DNA of 64,000 nt from Auanema rhodensis (lineage: Eukaryota > Animalia > Nematoda), in assembly GCA_964057225.1 (NCBI GenBank), contig OZ059899.1, forward strand, positions 3,782,001-3,846,000, in the 5' to 3' direction. Shown here in pieces: positions 1 to 12,635 of the stretch. A program made the position numbers and the translations under genes. Numbering within the stretch: the stretch's first letter is position 1; every line of letters starts with the position of its first letter. Below the pieces are notes generated by a model. That model ran no database searches. It saw nothing but the letters and a program-made list of their open reading frames with translations, and was not told the DNA's origin.

Positions 1-72
1 ACTAATGCATCATTTTTCAAACGATCATAACTAATTTTTGTATTAAGCGTTTCTCAATGTAGTATAGTGCAT

Positions 73-139
73 TCGATGCGGATTTTTAAGCTGCGTCGAT
101 CTGTGTTATCAGATTTGCGCTAGCTTAAAAATGCACCGA
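73..139. repeat. Intra-monomer long imperfect inverted repeat IR1 (in every copy)
   Basis: Perfect 11-bp arms atttttaagct (82-92) / agcttaaaaat (122-132). Inner pairs are gcg (93-95)/cgc (118-120) and atctg (99-103)/cagat (110-114) around a 6-nt loop. Outer pairs are tgc (77-79)/gca (133-135) and tcg (73-75)/cga (137-139). Confidence 0.92.
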
Positions 140-149
140 GATATCAACT

Positions 150-171
150 GATATAAGTTCACACTTATATC
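150..171. repeat. Intra-monomer inverted repeat IR2 (9-bp stem, 4-nt loop)
   Basis: gatataagt (150-158) - tcac - acttatatc (163-171); the arms are perfect. Confidence 0.95.
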
Positions 172-321
172 CTCGATTTTCACCCTGAAGAATTAATTTT
201 TTCGTTGAATAACATTGTCCATCGTCTTTGCCTTGAAAAATGGAATCTTAAAACATCTACTTTTTGCTAAATTATTTTGAAATTTTTCGATAAAATTTTT
301 GTCAAAATGTTTTTGGAAGCA

Positions 322-349
322 ATGTTGAGTGTACATGGAAACTCAACAT
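322..349. repeat. Intra-monomer inverted repeat IR4 (9-bp stem, 10-nt loop)
   Basis: atgttgagt (322-330) - gtacatggaa - actcaacat (341-349); the arms are perfect. Confidence 0.95.
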
Positions 350-950
350 ACACTAATGCATCATTTTTCAAACGATCATAACTAATTTTTGTATCAAGCG
401 TTTTTCAATGTAGTATAGTGCATTCGATGCGGATTTTTAAGCTGCGTCGATCTGTGTTATCAGATTTGCGCTAGCTTGAAAATGCACCGAGATATCAACT
501 GATATAAGTTCACACTTATATCCTCGATTTTCACCCTGAAGAAATAGTTTTTTCGTTGAATAACATTGTCCATCATCTTTGCCTTGAAAAAAGGAATCTA
601 AAAACATCTACTTTTTGCTAAATTATTTTGAAATTTTTCGATAAAATTTTTGTCAAAATGTTTTTGGAAGCAATGTTGAGTGTACATGGAAACTCAACAT
701 ACACTAATGCATCATTTTTCAAACGATCATAACTAATTTTTGTATCAAGCGTTTTTCAATGTAGTATAGTGCATTCGATGCGGATTTTTAAGCTGCGTCG
801 ATCTGTGTTATCAGATTTGCGCTAGCTTAAAAATGCACCGAGATATCAACTGATATAAGTTCACACTTATATCCTCGATTTTCACCCTGAAGAAATAATT
901 TTTTCGTTGAATAACATTGTCCATCGTCTTTACCTTGAAAAAAGGAATCT

Positions 951-1016
951 AAAAACATCTACTTTTTGCTAAATTATTTTGAAATTTTTCGAAAAAATTT
1001 TTGTCAAAATGTTTTT
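951..1016. repeat. Intra-monomer A/T-tract palindromic region IR3 (monomer positions 249-314, shown in M3)
   Basis: Central perfect palindrome tttttcgaaaaa (985-996), flanked by attttga (976-982)/tcaaaat (1004-1010) and aaaaacat (951-958)/atgttttt (1009-1016). Low complexity makes the outer matches less significant. Confidence 0.7.
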
Positions 1017-3861
1017 GGAAGCAATGTTGAGTGTACATGGAAACTCAACATACACTATTGCATCATTTTTCAAACGATCATAACTAATTTTTGTATCAAG
1101 TGTTTCTTAATGTAGTATAGTGCATTCGATGCGGATTTTTAAGCTGCGTCGATCTGTGTTATCAGATTTGCGCTAGCTTGAAAATGCACCGAGATATCAA
1201 CTGATATAAGTTCACACTTATATCCTCGATTTTCACCCTGAAGAATTAATTTTTTCGTTGAATAACATTGTCCATTGTCTTTGCCTTGAAAAATGAAATC
1301 TTAAAACATCTACTTTTTGCTAAATTATTTTGAAATTTTTCGAAAAAATTTTTGTCAAAATGTTTTTGGAAGCAATGTTGAGTGTACATGGAAACTCAAC
1401 ATACACTAATGCATCATTTTTCAAACGATCATAACTAATTTTTGTATTAAGCGTTTCTCAATGTAGTATAGTGCATTCGATGCGGATTTTTAAGCTGCGT
1501 CGATCTGTGTTATCAGATTTGCGCTAGCTCAAAAATGCACCGAGATATCAACTGATATAAGTTTACACTTATATCCTCGATTTTCACCCTGAAGAATTAA
1601 TTTTTTCGTTAAATAACATTGTCCATCGTCTTTGCCTTGAAAAATGAAATCTAAAAACATCTACTTTTTGCTAAATTATTTTGAAATTTTTCGAAAAAAT
1701 TGTTGTCAAAATGTTTTTGGAAGCAATGTTGAGTGTACATGGAAACTCAACATACACTAATGCATCATTTTTCAAACGATCAAAACTAATTTTTGTATTA
1801 AGCGTTTCTCAATGTAGTATAGTGCATTCGATGCGGATTTTTAAGCTGCGTCGATCTGTGTTATCAGATTTGCGCTAGCTCAAAAATGCACCGAGATATC
1901 AACTGATATAAGTTCACACTTATATCCTCGATTTTCACCCTGAAGAATTAATTTTTTCGTTGAATAACATTGTCCATCGTCTTTGCCTTGAAAAAAGGAA
2001 TCTAAAAACATCTACTTTTTGCTAAATTATTCCGAAAATTTTCGAAAAAATTTTTGTCAAAATGTTTTTGGAAGCAATGTTGAGTGTACATGGAAACTCA
2101 ACATACACTAATGCATCATTTTTCAAACGATCATAACTAATTTTTGTATTAAGCGTTTCTCAATGTAGTATAATGCATTCGATGCGGATTTTTAAGCTGC
2201 GTCGATCTGTGTTATCAGATTTGCGCTAGCTTAAAAATGCACCGAGATATCAACTGATATAAGTTCACACTTATATCCTCGATTTTCACCCTGAAGAATT
2301 AATTTTTTCGTTGAATAACATTGTCCATCGTCTTTGCCTTGAAAAATGGAATCTTAAAACATCTACTTTTTGCTAAATTATTTTGAAATTTTTCGAAAAA
2401 ATTTTTGTCAAAATGTTTTTGGAAGCAATGTTGAGTGTACATGGAAACTCAACATACACTAATGCATCATTTTTCAAACGATCATAACTAATTTTTGTAT
2501 CAAGCGTTTCTTAATGTAGTATTGTGCATTCGATCCGGATTTTTAAGCTGCGTCGATCTGTGTTATCAGATTTGCGCTAGCTTAAAAATGCACCGAGATA
2601 TCAACTGATATAAGTTCACACTTATATCCTCGATTTTCACCCTGAAGAAATAATTTTTTCGTTGAATAACATTGTCCATCGTCTTTGCCTTGAAAAAAGG
2701 AATCTAAAAACATCTACTTTTTGCTAAATTATTTTGAAATTTTTCGAAAAAATGTTTGTCAAAATGTTTTTGGAAGCAATGTTGAGTGTACATGGAAACT
2801 CAACATACACTAATGCATCATTTTTCAAACGATCATAACTAATTTTTGTATTAAGCGTTTCTCAATGTAGTATAGTGCATTCGATGCGGATTTTTAAGCT
2901 GCGTCGATCTGTGTTATCAGATTTGCGCTAGCTTAAAAATGCACCGAGATATCAACTGATATAAGTTCACACTTATATCCTCGATTTTCACCCTGAAGAA
3001 ATAATTTTTTCGTTGAATAACATTGTCCATCGTCTTTGCCTTGAAAAATGAAATCTTAAAACATCTACTTTTTGCTAAATTATTTTGAAATTTTTCGAAA
3101 AAATTTTTGTCAAAATGTTTTTGGAAGCAATGTTGAGTGTACATGGAAACTCAACATACACTAATGCATCATTTTTCAAACGATCATAACTAATTTTTGT
3201 ATTAAGCGTTTCTCAATGTAGTATAGTGCATTCGATGCGGATTTTTAAGCTGCGTCGATCTGTGTTATCAGATTTGCGCTAGCTTGAAAATGCACCGAGA
3301 TATCAACTGATATAAGTTCACACTTATATCCTCGATTTTCACCCTGAAGAATTAATTTTTTCGTTGAATAACATTGTCCATTGTCTTTGCCTTGAAAAAT
3401 GAAATCTTAAAACATCTACTTTTTGCTAAATTATTTTGAAATTTTTCGAAAAAATTTTTGTCAAAATGTTTTTGGAAGCAATGTTGAGTGTACATGGAAA
3501 CTCAACATACACTAATGCATCATTTTTCAAACGATCATAACTAATTTTTGTATTAAGCGTTTCTCAATGTAGTATAGTGCATTCGATGCGGATTTTTAAG
3601 CTGCGTCGATCTGTGTTATCAGATTTGCGCTAGCTTAAAAATGCACCGAGATATCAACTGATATAAGTTCACACTTATATCCTCGATTTTCACCCTGAAG
3701 AAATAATTTTTTCGTTGAATAACATTGTCCATCGTCTTTGCCTTGAAAAATGAAATCTTAAAACATCTACTTTTTGCTAAATTATTTTGAAATTTTTCGA
3801 AAAAATTTTTGTCAAAATGTTTTTGGAAGCAATGTTGAGTGTACATGGAAACTCAACATAC

Positions 3862-6669
3862 ACTAATGCATCATTTTTCAAACGATCATAACTAATTTTT
3901 GTATTAAGCGTTTCTCAATGTAGTATAGTGCATTCGATGCGGATTTTTGAGCTGCGTCGATCTGTGTTATCAGATTTGCGCTAGCTTAAAAATGCACCGA
4001 GATATCAACTGATATAAGTTCACACTTATATCCTCGATTTTCACCCTGAAGAAATAATTTTTTCGTTGAATAACATTGTCCATCGTCTTTGCCTTGAAAA
4101 ATGGAATCTTAAAACATCTACTTTTTGCTAAATTATTTTGAAATTTTTCGAAAAAATTTTTGTCAAAATGTTTTTGGAAGCAATGTTGAGTGTACATGGA
4201 AACTCAACATACACTAATGCATCATTTTTCAAACGATCATAACTTATTTTTGTATCAAGCGTTTTTCAATGTAGTATAGTGCATTCGATGCGGATTTTTA
4301 AGCTGCGTCGATCTGTGTTATCAGATTTGCGCTAGCTTAAAAATGCACCGAGATATCAACTGATATAAGTTCACACTTATATCCTCGATTTTCACCCTGA
4401 AGAAATAATTTTTTCGTTGAATAACATTGTCCATCGTCTTTGCCTTGAAAAAAGGAATCTAAAAACATCTACTTTTTGCTAAATTATTCCGAAAATTTTC
4501 GAAAAATTTTTTGTCAAAATGTTTTTGGAAGCAATGTTGAGTGTACATGGAAACTCAACATACACTAATGCATCATTTTTCAAACGATCATAACTAATTT
4601 TTGTATTAAGCGTTTCTCAATGTAGTATAATGCATTCGATGCGGATTTTTAAGCTGCGTCGATCTGTGTTATCAGATTTGCGCTAGCTTAAAAATGCACC
4701 GAGATATCAACTGATATAAGTTCACACTTTTATCCTCGATTTTCACCCTGAAGAATTAATTTTTTCGTTGAATAACATTGTCCATCGTCTTTGCCTTGAA
4801 AAATGGAATCTTAAAACATCTACTTTTTGCTAAATTATTTTGAAATTTTTCGAAAAAATTTTTGTCAAAATGTTTTTGGAAGCAATGTTGAGTGTACATG
4901 GAAACTCAACATACACTAATGCATCATTTTTCAAACGATCATAACTAATTTTTGTATTAAGCGTTTCTCAATGTAGTATAGTGCATTCGATGCGGATTTT
5001 TAAGCTGCGTCGATCTGTGTTATCAGATTTGCGCTAGCTTAAAAATGCACCGAGATATCAACTGATATAAGTTCACACTTATATCCTCGATTTTCACCCT
5101 GAAGAATTAATTTTTTCGTTGAATAACATTGTCCATCGTCTTTGCCTTGAAAAATGGAATCTTAAAACATCTACTTTTTGCTAAATTATTTTGAAATTTT
5201 TCGAAAAAATTTTTGTCAAAATGTTTTTGGAAGCAATGTTGAGTGTACATGGAAACTCAACATACACTAATGCATCATTTTTCAAACGATCATAACTAAT
5301 TTTTGTATTAAGCGTTTCTCAATGTAGTATAGTGCATTCGATGCGGATTTTTAAGCTGCGTCGATCTGTGTTATCAGATTTGCGCTAGCTTAAAAATGCA
5401 CCGAGATATCAACTGATATAAGTTCACACTTATATCCTCGATTTTCACCCTGAAGAAATAATTTTTTCGTTGAATAACATTGTCCATCGTCTTTGCCTTG
5501 AAAAATGGAATCTTAAAACATCTACTTTTTGCTAAATTATTTTGAAATTTTTCGAAAAAATTTTTGTCAAAATGTTTTTGGAAGCAATGTTGAGTGTACA
5601 TGGAAACTCAACATACACTAATGCATCATTTTTCAAACGATCATAACTTATTTTTGTATCAAGCGTTTTTCAATGTAGTATAGTGCATTCGATGCGGATT
5701 TTTAAGCTGCGTCGATCTGTGTTATCAGATTTGCGCTAGCTTAAAAATGCACCGAGATATCAACTGATATAAGTTCACACTTATATCCTCGATTTTCACC
5801 CTGAAGAAATAATTTTTTCGTTGAATAACATTGTCCATCGTCTTTGCCTTGAAAAAAGGAATCTAAAAACATCTACTTTTTGCTAAATTATTCCGAAAAT
5901 TTTCGAAAAATTTTTTGTCAAAATGTTTTTGGAAGCAATGTTGAGTGTACATGGAAACTCAACATACACTAATGCATCATTTTTCAAACGATCATAACTA
6001 ATTTTTGTATTAAGCGTTTCTCAATGTAGTATAATGCATTCGATGCGGATTTTTAAGCTGCGTCGATCTGTGTTATCAGATTTGCGCTAGCTTAAAAATG
6101 CACCGAGATATCAACTGATATAAGTTCACACTTATATCCTCGATTTTCACCCTGAAGAATTAATTTTTTCGTTGAATAACATTGTCCATCGTCTTTGCCT
6201 TGAAAAATGGAATCTTAAAACATCTACTTTTTGCTAAATTATTTTGAAATTTTTCGAAAAAATTTTTGTCAAAATGTTTTTGGAAGCAATGTTGAGTGTA
6301 CATGGAAACTCAACATACACTAATGCATCATTTTTCAAACGATCATAACTAATTTTTGTATTAAGCGTTTCTCAATGTAGTATAATGCATTCGATGCGGA
6401 TTTTTAAGCTGCGTCGATCTGTGTTATCAGATTTGCGCTAGCTTAAAAATGCACCGAGATATCAACTGATATAAGTTCACACTTATATCCTCGATTTTCA
6501 CCCTGAAGAATTAATTTTTTCGTTGAATAACATTGTCCATCGTCTTTGCCTTGAAAAATGGAATCTTAAAACATCTACTTTTTGCTAAATTATTTTGAAA
6601 TTTTTCGAAAAAATTTTTGTCAAAATGTTTTTGGAAGCAATGTTGAGTGTACATGGAAACTCAACATAC
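3862..6669 (+). repeat. 4-monomer (1404 bp) tandem duplication, M12-15 / M16-19
   Basis: The rare haplotype aacttattt + tattccgaaaattttcgaaaaatttttt occurs in M13 and M17. Each is preceded by a gaaata/tgg/tctta monomer and followed by a tataatgc monomer. M19 matches M18 rather than M15. Confidence 0.85.
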
Positions 6670-7722
6670 ACTAATGCATCATTTTTCAAACGATCATAAC
6701 TAATTTTTGTATTAAGCGTTTCTCAATGTAGTATAGTGCATTCGATGCGGATTTTTAAGCTGCGTCGATCTGTGTTATCAGATTTGCGCTAGCTTAAAAA
6801 TGCACCGAGATATCAACTGATATAAGTTCACACTTATATCCTCGATTTTCACCCTGAAGAATTAATTTTTTCGTTGAATAACATTGTCCATCGTCTTTGC
6901 CTTGAAAAATGGAATCTTAAAACATCTACTTTTTGCTAAATTATTTTGAAATTTTTCGATAAAATTTTTGTCAAAATGTTTTTGGAAGCAATGTTGAGTG
7001 TACATGGAAACTCAACATACACTAATGCATCATTTTTCAAACGATCATAACTAATTTTTGTATCAAGCGTTTTTCAATGTAGTATAGTGCATTCGATGCG
7101 GATTTTTAAGCTGCGTCGATCTGTGTTATCAGATTTGCGCTAGCTTGAAAATGCACCGAGATATCAACTGATATAAGTTCACACTTATATCCTCGATTTT
7201 CACCCTGAAGAAATAGTTTTTTCGTTGAATAACATTGTCCATCATCTTTGCCTTGAAAAAAGGAATCTAAAAACATCTACTTTTTGCTAAATTATTTTGA
7301 AATTTTTCGATAAAATTTTTGTCAAAATGTTTTTGGAAGCAATGTTGAGTGTACATGGAAACTCAACATACACTAATGCATCATTTTTCAAACGATCATA
7401 ACTAATTTTTGTATCAAGCGTTTTTCAATGTAGTATAGTGCATTCGATGCGGATTTTTAAGCTGCGTCGATCTGTGTTATCAGATTTGCGCTAGCTTAAA
7501 AATGCACCGAGATATCAACTGATATAAGTTCACACTTATATCCTCGATTTTCACCCTGAAGAAATAATTTTTTCGTTGAATAACATTGTCCATCGTCTTT
7601 ACCTTGAAAAAAGGAATCTAAAAACATCTACTTTTTGCTAAATTATTTTGAAATTTTTCGAAAAAATTTTTGTCAAAATGTTTTTGGAAGCAATGTTGAG
7701 TGTACATGGAAACTCAACATAC

Positions 7723-10700
7723 ACTATTGCATCATTTTTCAAACGATCATAACTAATTTTTGTATCAAGTGTTTCTTAATGTAGTATAGTGCATTCGATG
7801 CGGATTTTTAAGCTGCGTCGATCTGTGTTATCAGATTTGCGCTAGCTTAAAAATGCACCGAGATATCAACTGATATAAGTTCACACTTATATCCTCGATT
7901 TTCACCCTGAAGAATTAATTTTTTCGTTGAATAACATTGTCCATCGTCTTTGCCTTGAAAAATGGAATCTTAAAACATCTACTTTTTGCTAAATTATTTT
8001 GAAATTTTTCGATAAAATTTTTGTCAAAATGTTTTTGGAAGCAATGTTGAGTGTACATGGAAACTCAACATACACTAATGCATCATTTTTCAAACGATCA
8101 TAACTAATTTTTGTATCAAGCGTTTTTCAATGTAGTATAGTGCATTCGATGCGGATTTTTAAGCTGCGTCGATCTGTGTTATCAGATTTGCGCTAGCTTA
8201 AAAATGCACCGAAATATCAACTGATATAAGTTCACACTTATATCCTCGATTTTCACCCTGAAGAAATAATTTTTTCGTTGAATAACATTGTCCATCGTCT
8301 TTGCCTTGAAAAAAGGAATCTAAAAACATCTACTTTTTGCTAAATTATTTTGAAATTTTTCGAAAAAATTTTTGTCAAAATGTTTTTGGAAGCAATGTTG
8401 AGTGTACATGGAAACTCAACATACACTATTGCATCATTTTTCAAACGATCATAACTAATTTTTGTATCAAGTGTTTCTTAATGTAGTATAGTGCATTCGA
8501 TGCGGATTTTTAAGCTGCGTCGATCTGTGTTATCAGATTTGCGCTAGCTTAAAAATGCACCGAGATATCAACTGATATAAGTTCACACTTATATCCTCGA
8601 TTTTCACCCTGAAGAATTAATTTTTTCGTTGAATAACATTGTCCATCGTCTTTGCCTTGAAAAATGGAATCTTAAAACATCTACTTTTTGCTAAATTATT
8701 TTGAAATTTTTCGAAAAAATTTTTGTCAAAATGTTTTTGGAAGCAATGTTGAGTGTACATGGAAACTCAACATACACTAATGCATCATTTTTCAAACGAT
8801 CATAACTAATTTTTGTATTAAGCGTTTCTCAATGTAGTATAGTGCATTCGATGCGGATTTTTAAGCTGCGTCGATCTGTGTTATCAGATTTGCGCTAGCT
8901 TAAAAATGCACCGAGATATCAACTGATATAAGTTTACACTTATATCCTCGATTTTCACCCTGAAGAATTAATTTTTTCGTTGAATAACATTGTCCATCGT
9001 CTTTGCCTTAAAAAAAAAATCTAAAAACATCTACTTTTTGCTAAATTATTTTGAAATTTTTCGAAAAAATTTTTGTCAAAATGTTTTTGGAAGCAATGTT
9101 GAGTGTACATGGAAACTCAACATACACTAATGCATCATTTTTCAAACGATCATAACTAATTTTTGTATTAAGCGTTTCTCGATGTAGTATAGTGCATTCG
9201 ATGCGGATTTTTAAGCTGCGTCGATCTGTCTTATCAGATTTGCGCTAGCTTAAAAATGCACCGATATATCAACTGATATAAGTTCACACTTATATCCTCG
9301 ATTTTCACCCTGAAGAAATAATTTTTTCGTTGAATAACATTGTCCATCGTCTTTGCCTTGAAAAAAGGAATCTAAAAACATCTACTTTTTGCTAAATTAT
9401 TTTGAAATTTTTCGAAAAAATTTTTGTCAAAATGTTTTTGGAAGCAATGTTGAGTGTACATGGAAACTCAACATACACTAATGCATCATTTTTCAAACGA
9501 TCAAAACTAATTTTTGTATTAAGCGTTTCTCAATGTAGTATAGTGCATTCGATGCGGATTTTTAAGCTGCGTCGATCTGTGTTATCAGATTTGCGCTAGC
9601 TCAAAAATGCACCGAGATATCAACTGATATAAGTTTACACTTATATCCTCGATTTTCACCCTGAAGAATTAATTTTTTAGTTAAATAACATTGTCCATCG
9701 TCTTTGCCTTGAAAAAAGGAATCTAAAAACATCTACTTTTTGCTAAATTATTTTGAAATTTTTCGAAAAAATTTTTGTCAAAATGTTTTTGGAAACAATG
9801 TTGAGTGTACATGGAAACTCAACATACACTAATGCATCATTTTTCAAACGATCATAACTAATTTTTGTATTAAGCGTTTCTCAATGTAGTATAGTGCATT
9901 CGATGCGGATTTTTAAGCTGCGTCGATCTGTGTTATCAGATTTGCGCTAGCTTAAAAATGCACCGAGATATCAACTGATATAAGTTTACACTTATATCCT
10001 CGATTTTTACCCTGAAGAATTAATTTTTTCGTTAAATAACATTGTCCATCGTCTTTGCCTTGAAAAAAGGAATCTAAAAACAACTACTTTTTGCTAAATT
10101 ATTTTGAAATTTTTCGAAAAAATTTTTGTCAAAATGTTTTTGGAAGCAATGTTGAGTGTACATGGAAACTCAACATACACTAATGCATCATTTTTCAAAC
10201 GATCATAACTAATTTTTGTATTAAGCGTTTCTCAATGTAGTATAGTGCATTCGATGCGGATTTTTAAGCTGCGTCGATCTGTGTTATCAGATTTGCGCTA
10301 GCTTAAAAATGCACCGAGATATCAACTGATATAAGTTCACACTTATATCCTCGATTTTCACCCTGAAGAATTAATTTTTTCGTTGAATAACATTGTCCAT
10401 CGTCTTTGCCTTGAAAAAAGGAATCTAAAAACATCTACTTTTTGCTTAATTATTTTGAAATTTTTCGAAAAAATTTTTGTCAAAATGTTTTTGGAAGCAA
10501 TGTTGAGTGTACATGGAAACTCAACATACACTAATGCATCATTTTTCAAACGATTATAACTAATTTTTGTATTAAGCGTTTCTCAATGTAGTATAGTGCA
10601 TTCGATGCGGATTTTTAAGCTGCGTCGATCTGTGTTATCAGATTTGCGCTAGCTTAAAAATGCACCGAGATATCAACTGATATAAGTTCACACTTATATC

Positions 10701-12635
10701 CTCGATTTTCACCCTGAAGAATTAATTTTTTCGTTGAATAACATTGTCCATCGTCTTTGCCTTGAAAAATGGAATCTTAAAACATCTACTTTTTGCTAAA
10801 TTATTTTGAAATTTTTCGATAAAATTTTTGTCAAAATGTTTTTGGAAGCAATGTTGAGTGTACATGGAAACTCAACATACACTAATGCATCATTTTTCAA
10901 ACGATCATAACTAATTTTTGTATCAAGCGTTTTTCAATGTAGTATAGTGCATTCGATGCGGATTTTTAAGCTGCGTCGATCTGTGTTATCAGATTTGCGC
11001 TAGCTTAAAAATGCACCGAGATATCAACTGATATAAGTTCACACTTATATCCTCGATTTTCACCCTGAAGAAATAATTTTTTCGTTGAATAACATTATCC
11101 ATCGTCTTTGCCTTGAAAAAAGGAATCTAAAAACATCTACTTTTTGCTAAATTATCTTGAAATTTTTCGAAAAAATTTTTGTCAAAATGTTTTTGGAAGC
11201 AATGTTGAGTGTACATGGAAACTCAACATACACTATTGCATCATTTTTCAAACGATCATAACTAATTTTTGTATCAAGTGTTTCTTAATGTAGTATAGTG
11301 CATTCGATGCGGATTTTTAAGCTGCGTCGATCTGTGTTATCAGATTTGCGCTAGCTTAAAAATGCACCGAGATATCAACTGATATAAGTTCACACTTATA
11401 TCCTCGATTTTCACCCTGAAGAATTAATTTTTTTGTTGAATAACATTGTCCATCGTCTTTGCCTTGAAAAATGGAATCTTAAAACATCTACTTTTTGCTA
11501 AATTATTTTGAAATTTTTCGAAAAAATTTTTGTCAAAATGTTTTTGGAAGCAATGTTGAGTGTACATGGAAACTCAACATACACTAATGCATCATTTTTC
11601 AAACGATCATAACTAATTTTTGTATTAAGCGTTTCTCAATGTAGTATAGTGCATTCGATGCGGATTTTTAAGCTGCGTCGATCTGTGTTATCAGATTTGC
11701 GCTAGCTTAAAAATGCACCGAGATATCAACTGATATAAGTTTACACTTATATCCTCGATTTTCACCCTGAAGAATTAATTTTTTCGTTGAATAACATTGT
11801 CCATCGTCTTTGCCTTGAAAAAAGAAATCTAAAAACATCTACTTTTTGCTAAATTATTTTGAAATTTTTCGAAAAAATTTTTGTCAAAATGTTTTTGGAA
11901 GCAATGTTGAGTGTACATGGAAACTCAACATACACTAATGCATCATTTTTCAAACGATCATAACTAATTTTTGTATTAAGCGTTCCTCAATGTAGTATAG
12001 TGCATTCGATGCGGATTTTTAAGCTGCGTCGATCTGTCTTATCAGATTTGCGCTAGCTTAAAAATGCACCGATATATCAACTGATATAAGTTCACACTTA
12101 TATCCTCGATTTTCACCCTGAAGAAATAATTTTTTCGTTGAATAACATTGTCCATCGTCTTTGCCTTGAAAAAAGGAATCTAAAAACATCTACTTTTTGC
12201 TAAATTATTTTGAAATTTTTCGAAAAAATTTTTGTCAAAATGTTTTTGGAAGCAATGTTGAGTGTACATGGAAACTCAACATACACTAATGCATCATTTT
12301 TCAAACGATCAAAACTAATTTTTGTATTAAGCGTTTCTCAATGTAGTATAGTGCATTCGATGCGGAATTTTAAGCTGCGTCGATCTGTGTTATCAGATTT
12401 GCGCTAGCTCAAAAATGCACCGAGATATCAACTGATATAAGTTTACACTTATATCCTCGATTTTCACCCTGAAGAATTAATTTTTTCGTTAAATAACATT
12501 GTCCATCGTCTTTGCCTTGAAAAAAGGAATCTAAAAACATCTACTTTTTGCTAAATTATTTTGAAATTTTTCGAAAAAATTTTTGTCAAAATGTTTTTGG
12601 AAGCAATGTTGAGTGTACATGGAAACTCAACATAC
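7723..12635 (+). repeat. Diverged block duplication M23-28 / M31-36 (offset 8 monomers)
   Basis: Both blocks show the same ordered markers: tcgata; tatc+tttttc+gaaata; actattg+aagtgtttctta; tttac; tgtcttatc+ccgatatatc; gatcaaaact+ctcaaaaa. Each copy also has private SNPs. Confidence 0.8.

Larger units (their letters stand above)
1..351 (+). repeat. Representative 351-bp monomer (M1)
   Basis: Hand count gives 57 C, 53 G and 12 CpG. The consensus has single sites for NsiI (5-10), NheI (119-124), EcoRV (140-145), BsrGI (330-335) and BstBI (286-291; absent in M1, which has tcgata). Confidence 0.97.

Noticed and set aside
73-139. Purifying selection on IR1 pairing
   Set aside because: Two of the most frequent variants (G93A, C134T) and several rarer ones (cttgaa, ctcaaa, tttctaag) hit paired positions without compensatory changes.
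73-171. Tandem tRNA, 5S rRNA, snRNA or ribozyme gene array
   Set aside because: I recognise no cloverleaf, Pol III A/B boxes, 5S sequence or complete hammerhead core. An Infernal/Rfam scan would be the decisive test.
200-217. CENP-B box-like tttcgttgaataacatt
   Set aside because: It matches only the TTCGTTG start and lacks the essential CGGG portion of the CENP-B box.
1-351. Monomer as an ancient dimer of two ~175-bp subunits
   Set aside because: No convincing similarity between the halves by eye beyond A/T tracts. A self dot-plot would be needed to exclude it fully.
1681-1878. 65-aa plus-strand ORFs (also 9402-9599 and 12210-12407)
   Set aside because: They start at TTG, span a monomer junction, and are open only in the three copies where cataa>caaaa removes a stop. 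There is no recognisable domain, so these are chance frames in satellite DNA.
2917-3144. 75-aa minus-strand ORFs (also 3619-3846, 3970-4197, 5374-5601, 60830-61057) and the 63-aa ORF at 10358-10549
   Set aside because: They are F/K/N/I-rich translations of A/T tracts, open in only a few of 182 copies through incidental SNP combinations or the -1/+1 indel pair. No coding constraint is evident.
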